Shown piece after piece: positions 52,445-63,686 of a stretch of DNA of 64,000 nucleotides; positions within the stretch are counted from its first letter, which is position 1, and every line of letters starts with the position of its first letter. The stretch is from Chamaesiphon sp. (GTDB lineage Bacteria; Cyanobacteriota; Cyanobacteriia; Cyanobacteriales; Chamaesiphonaceae), in contig CBDFFH010000015.1 in the NCBI GenBank assembly GCA_965246715.1, positions 375,279 to 439,278 of the forward strand, read 5' to 3'. The notes beneath the pieces were generated by a model. It searched no databases and was not told the DNA's origin. It saw only the letters and a program-made list of their open reading frames with translations. The translations under genes and the position numbers were made by a program.

Positions 52445-53242
52445 GTGAATTTTGCTAGTTATCAACTATGGTCGCAATTTGAACCCGCCTTGGGCTGGGA
52501 AGATACCCACTGTCAGATGCAACGCGGGTGGCGCTGGGCGCAAGCGTCATCACAAGAACTACAAAAATCGCCAGCGACCGCAACAATCTGGCAAAAAGTG
52601 GGTAAACTAGCGCAACAGGGAGTGTGTGAATTTCATCGCGATCCCTTGCTGCTCAAACATCCACGCGGGGTCGATCGTGTGGCCGATCGATTGTATTTGT
52701 ATTATGAAATTTTGCCAGTGCGGCAGCGGGTAATGCGGATTCTCCAACAGTATCGCGCCGATCCGTGGCTGATGGGTAAAGATATTTTAGTCCTCAATCG
52801 CGGCGACGAACCATTGCCCTCACCGATCGATATCGATGTTGATGGCGATCGGTTTCAGCTATTTGCGGCTGTTGATTGCTTGCTCAGGGAGACCGATGGT
52901 GCCATCCACATCATCGATTTTAAGACGGGACAAGCTGATTTCGATCGCCGTCAAGCGTATGTTTATCTCCTGGCGATTAGCTATCTTTATCCCGATCGTG
53001 AGGCGGTGGCTTCCTTTCACAATTTGGAAACAAATATTCGATCGGAGCTAATTACCGCTACTCCGGCTCAATTAGTAGCAATCAGCCGCAAATTAGCAGA
53101 CATCGCTCGCTTGCATCAACAGCAACTTCAGCAATATCGCACCGATCCAACTTGCTTCGATCGATTATATCCAGCGCATCCTGGGCATCATTGTCGCCAC
53201 TGTCCGTTTAGCTATTTATGTACTTACGCCCCATCTAATTGA
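52445..53242 (+). CDS. Cas4-like PD-(D/E)XK nuclease with predicted Fe-S cluster
   Basis: AVDC...IIDFKTG nuclease motif, QAYVY, one N-terminal Cys plus C-terminal CxxCx5C (CRHCPFSYLC). Confidence 0.85.
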   Translation: MNFASYQLWSQFEPALGWEDTHCQMQRGWRWAQASSQELQKSPATATIWQKVGKLAQQGVCEFHRDPLLLKHPRGVDRVADRLYLYYEILPVRQRVMRILQQYRADPWLMGKDILVLNRGDEPLPSPIDIDVDGDRFQLFAAVDCLLRETDGAIHIIDFKTGQADFDRRQAYVYLLAISYLYPDREAVASFHNLETNIRSELITATPAQLVAISRKLADIARLHQQQLQQYRTDPTCFDRLYPAHPGHHCRHCPFSYLCTYAPSN

Positions 53243-53889
53243 ATATGCTCTTAGAACGTCTCAAACCATTTCAAGTCGATCCCAATCGGGTCGATCGCGT
53301 TGAAATTTTAAAATTAATTAATAAAATCAGTAATAGTAGCAAGGTTAGTGAGGTTCAAGAATTATTCGATCGCAATATTTCGTTGTGTGCGTATTTCTTT
53401 AAAAATGGCTATATTAAATACCGAGAAATCTCTTTCCTCTCAACTAGTATCATTACCGATGCATCAAATCGACCCGATTATATTTGTGGTTGTTATCAGA
53501 AAAAACATGGGATGACTTGGTATGCAATTATCTGTGCTGGCCCACAAGATCGAACTTGGGATGAAGACCTGGAATTGACTTCAGTAGCTAAAAAGTCATT
53601 CGATAAACTGAACTATTGCACAAGAAATTTAGCTGAAATCCTCAAAGCTAATCAACTGGCAGATAACGTTACTCCCGAAAGTGTTCATGGACTGCTAATT
53701 ATCGGTCAGGATCGGGAATTTTTAAAGAATTCGATTAAGCAAGACCGCAAACGCGAGATCAATCAAAATTCACCGATTAAATTGCGCACTTATAGCGCTT
53801 TCATTCGGAATTATCAGCGCAAAAATCAAGGCTGGTTACTCGGCGCGATCGATCGCGTCATTGCGCTATTTATCGAGCCTAAAGACTAA
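53239..53889 (+). CDS. Shedu/DUF4263-like protein, catalytic residues apparently degenerate
   Basis: REI...RPDY, GLLIIG, IKLRTY layout resembles DUF4263; expected ExK reads CAG. Confidence 0.5.
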   Translation: MNMLLERLKPFQVDPNRVDRVEILKLINKISNSSKVSEVQELFDRNISLCAYFFKNGYIKYREISFLSTSIITDASNRPDYICGCYQKKHGMTWYAIICAGPQDRTWDEDLELTSVAKKSFDKLNYCTRNLAEILKANQLADNVTPESVHGLLIIGQDREFLKNSIKQDRKREINQNSPIKLRTYSAFIRNYQRKNQGWLLGAIDRVIALFIEPKD

Positions 53890-54941
53890 TCCGCACCAGC
53901 ATTCGAGTACAAACTCATTACATCCATAATCGACAACCGCGACTGTACGCCCAAATCTAGCGGCGAAGTATGCCCTCGGCGGAGATGTTCGGCTGCCGCA
54001 CAACCGATCATGGCGGCATTGTCAGTACAATACTCCAGGGGTGGAAATAAGACCTCAATCCCGTGCTTGGTAGCCGCTGCTTGGAGTGTAGCTCTGAGTC
54101 CGCGATTGGCCGCGACACCACCACCGATCGCGATTTTGGTCAAGCCATAGTCTAGCGCGCAAGCGATCGTGCGTTTCGTCAGGGATTTTGCGACAGAGTG
54201 TTGAAAACTCGCAGCAATATCCGCGATCGGTAACTCTTTCCCTTCGGCTTGCAATTTCTGCACCAATCGCAATACCGCAGTTTTTAAGCCACTAAAACTG
54301 GAATCATAAGGATGAAATCCGCCACCAGGTAGGGAGATATTGCCCTCTGGGAGGGGATAAAGGCTAGGATTGCCCTGACTTGCCAGTCGATCGATTAGCG
54401 GGCCGCCTGGATAGCCGAGATTTAATAATCTCGCAACTTTATCGAATGCTTCCCCGGCAGCATCGTCTCGCGTAGCACCCAGCTCGGTGTACAGCCCACA
54501 ATCTTTGACATGAATCAAGCTCGTATGTCCGCCAGAGACCAGCAGGCACAGAAATGGTGGTGCCAACTCTGGCGCACTCAGATACGAAGCATAAATATGT
54601 CCTTCGAGATGATGAACTCCCAAAAATGGCTTGCCATGCAAAATTGCCAGCGTCTTGGCCGCACTCATCCCGATCATTAGTGCCCCGACCAATCCTGGTG
54701 CTACAGTCGCCGCAATCCCATCGATTTGCGTCCAATCCAGATCGGCCTCACCAATGGCTTGCGCGATCGCCTCATTAATTATTAATAAATGTTGCCGCGA
54801 AGCTATTTCAGGAACCACTCCCCCATATCGAGCATGAATCTCCATTTGCGAGGCGACGACACTGCTACAAACTTTACGATTGTTAACGATTGCCACCGCA
54901 GTTTCGTCACAACTTGTTTCAATTGATAAAACTGTTGTCAT
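53886..54941 (-). CDS. tsaD: tRNA N6-adenosine threonylcarbamoyltransferase
   Basis: [38 protein letters not shown]. Confidence 0.98.
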   Translation of the reverse strand: MTTVLSIETSCDETAVAIVNNRKVCSSVVASQMEIHARYGGVVPEIASRQHLLIINEAIAQAIGEADLDWTQIDGIAATVAPGLVGALMIGMSAAKTLAILHGKPFLGVHHLEGHIYASYLSAPELAPPFLCLLVSGGHTSLIHVKDCGLYTELGATRDDAAGEAFDKVARLLNLGYPGGPLIDRLASQGNPSLYPLPEGNISLPGGGFHPYDSSFSGLKTAVLRLVQKLQAEGKELPIADIAASFQHSVAKSLTKRTIACALDYGLTKIAIGGGVAANRGLRATLQAAATKHGIEVLFPPLEYCTDNAAMIGCAAAEHLRRGHTSPLDLGVQSRLSIMDVMSLYSNAGAD

Positions 54942-55210
54942 TAGCTGCTAATTTAAAATATGAAAATAAAGGTGAGTAGCCTTGCCATCGTTGTCGTGTA
55001 GCTGTCAATAAGACAGCAGCCTAACGCGATCCGATCGAGATCCTCCACCTCTACAACTCTACAATATCGGCAATCTCTCGCGATCGACACGAATGATTGC
55101 AGGTATTCCAGAAGACTATTATAGTTTTTTTGCTCGAAGCAGGTCGCTAAACCCGATCGTGTTTTTTGTAAAGAAAACTTGTTGTTTTGTCACAATAGGA
55201 AACAATTATC

Positions 55211-55705
55211 ATGCAAAAACTATTGGCTTTTGTCTTTGCCATTTGTCTCTGGTTTAACTTTGCACCGCCTGCTTCGGCGGATGTAGCTGGACTCGTTCCT
55301 TGCGGACAGTCTCAAGCTTTCAAAGACCGAGCGGCAGCAGCACGGAATACCACTAACGACCCCGAATCTGGGAAAAAACGGTTCGACCGTTATGCACAAG
55401 CATTGTGCGGCCCAGAAGGACTCCCACACCTAATTGTAGACGGACGACTCGATCGTGCGGGTGATTTCCTCATCCCGAGCATCTTGTTTCTCTACATTGC
55501 TGGTTGGATCGGTTGGGTCGGCCGGATGTACATTATCGCTATCAAAAAAGGCGATAACCCTGAAGAAAAAGAAATCGTCATCGATGTACCTCTAGCAGTT
55601 AGCTGCATGTTAAGCGGATTCGCTTGGCCAGCTAGCGCCCTGGGCGAGTTTACCTCTGGTAAATTAGTTGCTAAAGATACTGAGATTACTGTTTCTCCTC
55701 GGTAA
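55211..55705 (+). CDS. psaF: Photosystem I subunit III
   Basis: [24 protein letters not shown]-terminal VSPR. Confidence 0.98.
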   Translation: MQKLLAFVFAICLWFNFAPPASADVAGLVPCGQSQAFKDRAAAARNTTNDPESGKKRFDRYAQALCGPEGLPHLIVDGRLDRAGDFLIPSILFLYIAGWIGWVGRMYIIAIKKGDNPEEKEIVIDVPLAVSCMLSGFAWPASALGEFTSGKLVAKDTEITVSPR

Positions 55706-55845
55706 ATTTGGGTGAGTTTGTAGAATCGATGCAATTGGCAAACCGGAATGAAATCGCATTCATCACCGGCAATCGTCAACCGATTTCTCCCGATCGCTCT
55801 TGCCTGTTCAGCAATCGTATAATTTTTAGAATCCGGAGATATTCT

Positions 55846-55974
55846 ATGTCAAGTGGTTTTGTCAGATTTCTATCTACTGCTCCAGTTTTGGCAGCAGTCT
55901 GGATGACTTTTACTGCGGGTCTTTTAATCGAATTTAATCGCTTTTTCCCCGACTTATTATTTCATCCTTTGTAA
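55846..55974 (+). CDS. psaJ: Photosystem I subunit IX
   Basis: FLSTAPVLA...[19 protein letters not shown] at 55846 after GGAG. Confidence 0.97.
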   Translation: MSSGFVRFLSTAPVLAAVWMTFTAGLLIEFNRFFPDLLFHPL

Positions 55975-56057
55975 TCGGGTGGAATTAGTGGCTATTGATT
56001 AGTGATTAGTGGCTAGTGGCTAGTGACTAGTACCGGATGCAATAAGTTTGTCCGAGC

Positions 56058-56113
56058 TAATCCCTATCCCCTGTTCACTGTTCACTGTTCACTGTTCACT
56101 ATCCCCTATTCCC
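56058..56113 (+). repeat. Heptamer array (CTGTTCA/CTATCCC)n before psaL
   Basis: Same unit as 29523 and 39932; a G-rich (TAGTGGC)n array lies at about 55985-56030. Confidence 0.85.
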
Positions 56114-56137
56114 TTAATTATATTTGAGAGGTTCTTC

Positions 56138-56614
56138 ATGCCTAATCGTATTCAAGTTGTCAGCACTGCTGACGGTCAAGTTAGTAACTTATCTACACCA
56201 GTTAATGGTTCGGGTATCGTTCAAGCCTTCATCAGCAATTTACCGATTTATCGCAACGGTCTATCCGCTCAGCGACGTGGCTTAGAAGTAGGCATGGCTC
56301 ATGGCTATTTTCTGCTCGGCCCCTTCACGCTCCTCGGCCCGTTACGTAATTCCGATCGCGCGCATTTAGCTGGATTGCTGGCAACAGTTGGCTTGATCGT
56401 GATCCTCACGATCTGTCTGTCGCTGTATGCAAGCGTCAATCCCGCAGCACCACTACCGAGTGTCGCTGCACCTAAAGCACCTACCGACCTCAACCAAAAA
56501 GGCTGGAACGAATTTACTTCCGGTTTTTTAATTGGTGGTATTGGCGGTGCGGCATTTGCCTACTTATTAGTAGCTAATGTGCCGATTTTTAGCAATATTT
56601 CTGTGTTTAACTAA
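56138..56614 (+). CDS. psaL: Photosystem I subunit XI
   Basis: NLSTPVN, RRGLEVGMAHGY, GPLRN, GWNEFTSGFLIGG. Confidence 0.97.
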   Translation: MPNRIQVVSTADGQVSNLSTPVNGSGIVQAFISNLPIYRNGLSAQRRGLEVGMAHGYFLLGPFTLLGPLRNSDRAHLAGLLATVGLIVILTICLSLYASVNPAAPLPSVAAPKAPTDLNQKGWNEFTSGFLIGGIGGAAFAYLLVANVPIFSNISVFN

Positions 56615-56668
56615 ATGTAATATCGCTAGCTTAGTGGCGATCGATCGAGTTAATCAAAGATATTGAAT

Positions 56669-56703
56669 AGTTGCCCTGTCTTCGACGAGAAGATGGGGCA
56701 ACT
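56669..56703 (+). terminator. Terminator-like hairpin after psaL
   Basis: AGTTGCCCTGTCTTC...GAAGATGGGGCAACT. Confidence 0.7.
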
Positions 56704-56907
56704 TAGTATCGATCGCGAATAAGTTAAGAACACGATCGACCATATTTTTGTCAGTAAAGATCTCAAGGTAGCGCGCACTTATACCGGCGATAATACTAAC
56801 TCCGACCATGCTCCGCTAATTTCGGACTTGGCAATCTAAAAGTAGCGAGCTTTTTTACCTGATGCCGATCTGTGATATGGTATAAAGCTAGAAATTCAGG
56901 TGTATTA

Positions 56908-57420
56908 ATGAGTAAGAAGTTAGTTAGTGCTAATTGGCTGTTTGGCTGTGGGATATTACTTACATTACTCCCGTTCGCTATTAGTAATAAATCCGCGATT
57001 GCAGTTGCAAATCCCTCACTAGGACAACCAGTTCAGAATAGGCTTGCCTTAGCAATAAATAAGGGGACGGTGGCCAAAACGATTACTACCCCTTCCGGCT
57101 TAAAATTTACAGTGATTAAGGCCGGTAAAGGAGCTACGCCGAAAAAAGGACAAACAGTGTTTGTTCACTATACTGGCACACTCACTAATGGTAAAAAGTT
57201 TGACAGTTCTCGAGATCGGGGTCAACCATTTAGTTTTATTGTCGGTCAAGGACAAGTAATTAAAGGTTGGGATGAAGCTTTGAGCGACATGAAAGTCGGC
57301 GAACGCCGTAAATTGACTATTCCACCTCAATTAGGTTATGGCGCTAGTGGTGCTGGAGCAGATATTCCCCCTAATGCCACGCTAATTTTTGATGTCGAAT
57401 TGCTCAAAATTGGCAGTTAA
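56908..57420 (+). CDS. FKBP-type peptidyl-prolyl isomerase (second copy)
   Basis: VHYTGTL, FDSSRDR, VIKGWDE; signal-like N-terminus. Confidence 0.95.
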   Translation: MSKKLVSANWLFGCGILLTLLPFAISNKSAIAVANPSLGQPVQNRLALAINKGTVAKTITTPSGLKFTVIKAGKGATPKKGQTVFVHYTGTLTNGKKFDSSRDRGQPFSFIVGQGQVIKGWDEALSDMKVGERRKLTIPPQLGYGASGAGADIPPNATLIFDVELLKIGS

Positions 57421-57731
57421 ATTAACAGGTTGTTGCCTCCGGTGTTAAATCGGAAGTTCGAGACAATCAGACTTCGACCGGGTTGCGGTGATTTTAATCA
57501 CTGCAACTCTGTTTGCAAAAGTGCCAGGCTGCCTCTTCAAACTCGATCGAGTTTGGATTCACAAAGAATGAGACTAGCAATCGAGCGCTATTTTGGTAAA
57601 ATTCAGTAGTGGACTATTTGTGTGAATTTGAACTATACAACTAGCTTACCTCGACACTGTAATTCGTAGTCGAGCTATCAGAAAATCGTCTAAATTGCAC
57701 TAATTTCAACCAATAATTTATTTGCTGCTGT

Positions 57732-58442
57732 ATGGATATCGACCCACTAGATGTTGTAGAAAAGAACGAAGACAATAATCAACAGCAGAATGCTAAAAAT
57801 AGACTCAATGCTATGGTAGCTGTCACCGTTGCTTGTTTAGCGACGTTTATGGGTATTTGTCATGTCAAGGATGACAATATCGTTCAGGGAATGCAACAAG
57901 CACAGGCCGATAAGCTCGACCACTGGGCTTATTATCAAGCACGGAATATTCGTGGCGATATCGCGCGGAGTACGATTACCCAGCTTCAGCTCCAAGCTGT
58001 AAATAGTTCGGGTATCCAACGCTCGCAGTATGACGATCGAATCAAGGCATATCAAGTCATTGCCGCCAAACAAGATCGCGAAAAAGAGCAGCTCAAACAG
58101 CAAGCAGAAAACGACCAGAAAACCTACGATAGTCTCAATTTTCATGACGACCAATTCGATTTAGCCGATGCCGCCGTCTCGATCGCGATTTCTTTGCTAG
58201 CAGTCACCGCACTCACAAATCGAGCGTGGTTATATTGGCTGGCGCTAGTACCAACTAGTTTTGGCGCGCTGATGGGGTTCGCTGGATTGTTGAATTTAGA
58301 TATTCATCCGGATGCTTTAACGAAGTTACTCTCTCAAGCTCCAGTTGTATCACCGACGCTTGTTCTAGGTTCATCGATCGGCACTGGCGGGAGTAATGAG
58401 CTATGGATAAAGAACTTTGCGCTCGCTCCCTGTGTTCGTTAG
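57732..58442 (+). CDS. DUF4337-like membrane protein
   Basis: VAVTVACLATF, DHWAYYQA, HDDQFDLA. Confidence 0.75.
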   Translation: MDIDPLDVVEKNEDNNQQQNAKNRLNAMVAVTVACLATFMGICHVKDDNIVQGMQQAQADKLDHWAYYQARNIRGDIARSTITQLQLQAVNSSGIQRSQYDDRIKAYQVIAAKQDREKEQLKQQAENDQKTYDSLNFHDDQFDLADAAVSIAISLLAVTALTNRAWLYWLALVPTSFGALMGFAGLLNLDIHPDALTKLLSQAPVVSPTLVLGSSIGTGGSNELWIKNFALAPCVR

Positions 58443-59571
58443 TTATCTTGACAGCATTACGAACCATTGAGGACAGCGAAAAAGTCAGGATCGATCGACA
58501 AATCCGCAAGGTGAAACAAGATCTTGCCAAGATTCAAGGTTAATATTGGTTGCTATTAAAATCGCAGACTGCGCGGCTGGATATTACTGAAGCCGATCGG
58601 AAATAGTAACGGCAGAAATTATACAGGAAGTCGATATTTTACAGTACCAACTGACAGTTCAGAGTAATACTGATTTCTAAGAATATTTCGCTTAATCCTC
58701 CCGCATCCACTTCGCCCTTGTACATTAGTTAACTACCAATTAGGTAGTCACCAATATTTATAATTTAGAGATCGCTGTTTCAGCCGATCTCCATAAAAGC
58801 TGACTGCCTAATGCTGACTGCCTTGTCCGTTGGACACTTACTACTAAAATTACAAAATTTGCAGTTGTGGTATTTCTCTGCTTCGAGCGGGAATTATAAC
58901 TAATAAGCCCTGAGATCGACTCGGTTGCAGTCGGCATTGCCCTCAAGATCGTTGCCAAGAATCAACTAGAACCAAATTAGTATGCGTAAATATTCGATTT
59001 TAGTCGTTGATGATGAACCGGATAATTTTGAAACGATCGAGGCAATGCTCGACGATAAAAACTACAATTTGCATTATGTTAGTTGCGGTCGCGAAGCGCT
59101 AGATGCGCTAGAGATATTAAAGCCGAACCTAATTTTGTTAGATGCGATGATGCCAGAAATGGATGGTATCGAAGTATGTCAGCAAATCAAGGCGCTGCCA
59201 CAATGGCAATCCGTACCGCTCGTGATGATGACGGCCTTGTCAGTTCGGGTTGCCACCAATTACTCGAAATTTCCCCAGCGGCAGTGATGAGAAATCCGCG
59301 TTGTTTATTAGACCAGATTCATCCTGATGATGTCGGGATGGCTAAGCAGCTTTTGCTGGAATCCGCTCGCGATCTACATCCTCGGAGCTGCGAAGGTCGC
59401 GCGATCTTGGCATCTGGGCAGGTGAAATGGATTAAATCTGTCTCGCGTCCGGAACTACAACCCGATGGGGCGATCGTCTGGGATGGCGTGATGCTCGATA
59501 TTACCGATCGCAAAGTAGCGGAGCAGGCACTGCTCGTCTCCCAGCAACAGTATCAACGGCTAGCTGACAAT

Positions 59572-60493
59572 AGACCTCTTGCGAAAGTATCATGCGATCG
59601 CCTGCTTTGATGACAAATACAGCTCATAATTGTAAATCCCTGCAATTAAATTAATCCTTAACCCAAACCTTCGTCTTCGATTTCTATATCGTGACGATAA
59701 GATTCTAAATATCTTTAATCTTCTGTGAATATGCTCGACTACAATTCTTTCTTTTGCTAATTGGCTGTTAAATTTTTTCTGCTCTTTACTTAGAGACTTT
59801 TTCTTAGTCTTTTTAATTGGCGTTCGGCTATGCTCGTGAATCTTTTTTATCCCCTGATATCCCTTGTCTGCCAATAGCTCTGTCTTTTTCTCTAGATCTA
59901 TCTGGCTCTCCTTCCAAATCCTAAAATCATGTATCCTCCCTTTCCTGACTGCAATACAGACAATCTCTTTCGTCTTTTGGTTTACCAGAATTTGTGATTT
60001 TACCGTATGACACTTCTGCTTACCACTGTAATGTCTCTTTTGTTTTTTTTAGGTCTTTCTACTTCATGCTCTGCCACATCTACCACTAATACTTCTGTCT
60101 CTGAGTCTAGTTCTTTGACTTTTTTCCTCCCTTCCACATTAAATAACCCTGACTTAATTAATATGTTCTCAACTTTCCCGATCGTTCTGAACACATTTGA
60201 CTCATTCAGTCCCCAACTTACTCCGATATGAAAATAGGTACGATACTCCCGCCAATACTCCAACGTCATTAACACTTGGTCTTCAATGCTTAATTTACTA
60301 GGTCTGCCGCTCTTTTTTGCTAAAACTTTTTCCGCTGCTACTACTTTTACCATTTGCTTGAATGTTGCTGGTGTAACACCACACAAGCGTTTGAACTCTG
60401 TTGGCTCTAAATTTTTAACTTGGTCGTAGCTCACTTTCGATCGGTTGATTTTATATCTATTTTACAAATCTCTCGGACTTTCGCAAGAGGTCT
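59572..60493 (-). mobile_element. IS5-family (ISL2/IS702-like) insertion sequence
   Basis: 17-bp TIR AGACCTCTTGCGAAAGT; 3-bp target duplication AAT; removal restores the host frame ADNIPGA. Confidence 0.93.
59590..60434 (-). CDS. Transposase in two frames joined by a probable -1 frameshift
   Basis: OrfA FKRLCGV...YWREYRTYF; A8 run at 60043-60050; -1 frame KQKRHYSGK...ADKGYQG...RIVVEH. Confidence 0.88.
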
Positions 60494-62327
60494 AATATTC
60501 CTGGCGCAATTTATCAATATCGACTCGATCCAGATGGCAGCAGTTGTATCCCTTATATGAGTTCTGGCTGTCAAGATTTATTGGGAATTTCCCCCGCAGC
60601 AGTAGTCGCGGATCTCAATTGCCTAATCGATCTGACTTATGCTGACGATTTACAATCGTTTAGCGCGAGTGTTGCGGAATCTGCCAGCAAGCTAACATTT
60701 TTTATTTGGGAAGGGCGGGTATGCTTGCCCACTGGGGAAGTCAAATGGATCGAACTCACCTCCCGTCCAGAACTGCAACCCGATGGGGCGATCGTCGGGA
60801 TGGGGTGATGCTCGATATCACCGCCCGCAAACAGGCAGAATTAGATCTCGCTACATCACAATACAAATACTATAATTTGATTCAATCGATTCCTGGCGTG
60901 GTGTGGGAATATGATTTCAGGCTAGATAAATTTAGTTTTGTTAACGATCGCGCTGAAGCTCTACTCGGGTATCCCGTTCAAGAATGGATCGCTCAAAAAG
61001 ATTTTTGGGCCGATCGGCTCCATCCAGACGACCGTGATGCTACGATCCAAGCCTATAGCGATGCGATCGACAATCGCCAGAGTTGCGAAGCTGAATATCG
61101 ACTAATTGCTGCTGACGGTCGAATCGTTTGGGTTTACGATATTGCTACGCCAGTCTTGGATCTCAATGGTAAAACACTCTCAACGACCGGGTTGCCGATC
61201 GATATTACGGAAAAGCAATCAGCACTGGCAGCTCGCCAACTAGCCGAAACCGCGTTGCAGGAAACTAACCAACGCTTGAAATCGACTAACCAAGAACTGC
61301 TGTGTGCGACCAAGCTCAAAGATGAATTCCTCGCGACGATGAGTCACGAACTCCGCACGCCGCTAAATGCCATTTTAGGTATGTCCGAATGTTTGGAAGA
61401 CGGCGTATTCGGGACGATTAACCAGCGTCAGGCCAAATCGATCGATACGATCCACCGCAGCGGCCAGCATTTACTCTCGTTGATTAACGACATTCTCGAT
61501 GTCTCCAAAATTGCGGCGGGCAAGCTCGAATTAGAAATTACCACGATCCCGCTCCAGCGACTGTGCGATTCTAGTTTGGCGTTTGTTCGACAACAAGCCG
61601 ATCGCAAACAGATTCAGATCGCCACGGACATCGCTGCCCAGATCGGGACGATCGCTGCTGACGAGCGCCGGATGCGCCAAGTATTAATTAATTTACTCTC
61701 GAATGCGGTTAAATTTACGCCCACAGGCGGACAGATTGTATTAGGAGTGGAGATCGTTGCGGCAAATACCCATGCCCCTGTAGCGGAGGAAGATCGCTCG
61801 AATCCGGATGACTGGTTGCGGATTTCGGTCACCGATACGGGGATTGGCATCTCCTCTGTCGATCGCGAGCGGTTGTTTGAACCCTGCGAAAGGTTATCGG
61901 ACGATCTGGGCTGATAATGGTGCTGAAGCGATTTCGATGACTAAATCCGAACGTCCCGATTTGATTTTGATGGACATTCAAATGCCCGAAATGACTGGTA
62001 TCACAGCGATCGAACAGATCCGCAGCGATGAGAATTTCCGCGCTTTGCCGATCGTCGCACTTACCGCTCTAGCTATGGATGGCGATCGCGATCGTTGTCT
62101 CGATGCAGGCGCTAATGAGTACATCAGTAAACCTATCAAACTCAAGCAGTTAGTAACTATTATCCAACAACTGTTATCATCCGGGGATACATAATCCGAT
62201 CTAAAGGCGATGATCGGGGTGGGTTGATGCAAGTATCTGTTGCAATTTACCAATAATTTCTCAACAAAATTCACCCACCGTACTCGCCGGAAATAGCTAT
62301 CGATCTCCTCAGTGCATTGCTGCCAAT

Positions 62328-63686
62328 TTAGAGTGCTCCAGCTGCCGTTTTATCGAAAATTCCGCCAGATAGATGACTGGTGAGATTGAGTGCTTGAATG
62401 ACGGGCTGACCTTCAATACCCTCAGGATAATCGATAACTGTCACGGCTCCATTGCCCTGTTTGATTTTCCAGAAGTCTGCTAAATCCAATCCGAGTAAAT
62501 AACACAATAGCACCTTATTGGTGGCATCGTGAGCGACGACGATGCCTGTTCGATTATTATTCCCAACTTGCTGGAGTAGGCGTTGCCATGCTGTAGTAGC
62601 GCGAGTCCACACATCCTGTAAATTCTCACCCTCAGGCATCTGCACCGATTTTGGTTGAGTGCGCCAGCGTTCTAATTCGCCAGGATATTCGGCATCGATT
62701 TCGGATTCAAATTTACCTTCCCAGAGTCCGTGACCGATTTCCCGCAAATCTGCATCCTCATTTAATCCGATGCCAGGATGCGGTCTGAGGATGATTTCAG
62801 CAGTCTCCTTGGGACGTTGCATCGAGCTGGTAAACGCAAAATCGATCTGGACGGTTTTTAAAAATTCAGCGGCTAGACTGGCTTGATTGCGTCCATTATC
62901 GTTGAGGGGAATATCGATTTGGCCTTGAAATTTGCCAGCTCGGTTCCAGTCAGTTTCACCATGCCGGATCAGTAAAAAGCGTGGGCCTTGATTGTGGGGA
63001 CGTAAGGTGGGGAGATTTTGCCCTAAGTGACTGGTTTGATTGAGCGATTCGATTTGCACGCTCTCCCCCCAACCGCCGCTGAAATTCAGTACGGTCACGC
63101 CACAATTTGACTGTTGGACGCTGTGATACATCTGCGGCGGGATGGCGAGTGCGGTACTAATTAGGGCGCGATTGATGCCATTGTGCGCGACAATCGCGAT
63201 CGTTTGACCTGGATGCTGCGCCAAGATATCTTGCCAAAAGCCGCGCGCTTGGTCGTAGAGAGACAGCACTGGGAAAAACTCTGTTTGCGTCCCATCGGCT
63301 TGGGGCAGCAACATTTTCAGTTCGTGGGGGCGTTCCTTCCATGCTCGATATTCAGCCCCGTACTTTTCTCGCACTTCGGTATTGAGCATTGTCTCCCACA
63401 ATGGCAGGTCGATTTCCAATAATCGATCGTCAGCTTGAATCTCAGGTGTATCGGTCAAGCAAGCTAAGACTGTTGCTGCTGTCTGCTGCGCGCGCTGGAG
63501 GGGACTAGCATAGACTGCGGCAAATGTTAATCCTTGAAATGCTTTGCCTGTTAGCTCAGCATCGGCTCGACCTTTCTCGGTGAGCACTGACAAGTCGCTG
63601 CGTCCTTGAATGCGTCCTTGGCTGTTATAGGTACTTTGTCCGTGCCGTAAAATAATAACTCGCGTACTCAAGGTCTTTTCCTCCAT
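62328..63686 (-). CDS. Histidine phosphatase family protein with two PGAM-like domains
   Basis: Two RHG motifs (LRHGQS, IRHGET) and two VAH motifs. Confidence 0.92.
   Translation of the reverse strand: MEEKTLSTRVIILRHGQSTYNSQGRIQGRSDLSVLTEKGRADAELTGKAFQGLTFAAVYASPLQRAQQTAATVLACLTDTPEIQADDRLLEIDLPLWETMLNTEVREKYGAEYRAWKERPHELKMLLPQADGTQTEFFPVLSLYDQARGFWQDILAQHPGQTIAIVAHNGINRALISTALAIPPQMYHSVQQSNCGVTVLNFSGGWGESVQIESLNQTSHLGQNLPTLRPHNQGPRFLLIRHGETDWNRAGKFQGQIDIPLNDNGRNQASLAAEFLKTVQIDFAFTSSMQRPKETAEIILRPHPGIGLNEDADLREIGHGLWEGKFESEIDAEYPGELERWRTQPKSVQMPEGENLQDVWTRATTAWQRLLQQVGNNNRTGIVVAHDATNKVLLCYLLGLDLADFWKIKQGNGAVTVIDYPEGIEGQPVIQALNLTSHLSGGIFDKTAAGAL

Larger units (their letters stand above)
58982..62194 (+). 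pseudogene. Decayed hybrid histidine kinase (REC-PAS-PAS-PAS-HisKA-HATPase-REC)
   Basis: REC at 58982, PAS pieces, MSHELRTPL, NAVKFT; broken by an out-of-frame junction near 59240, an IS insertion, a frameshift near 60797 and loss of the G2 box near 61885. Confidence 0.88.
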
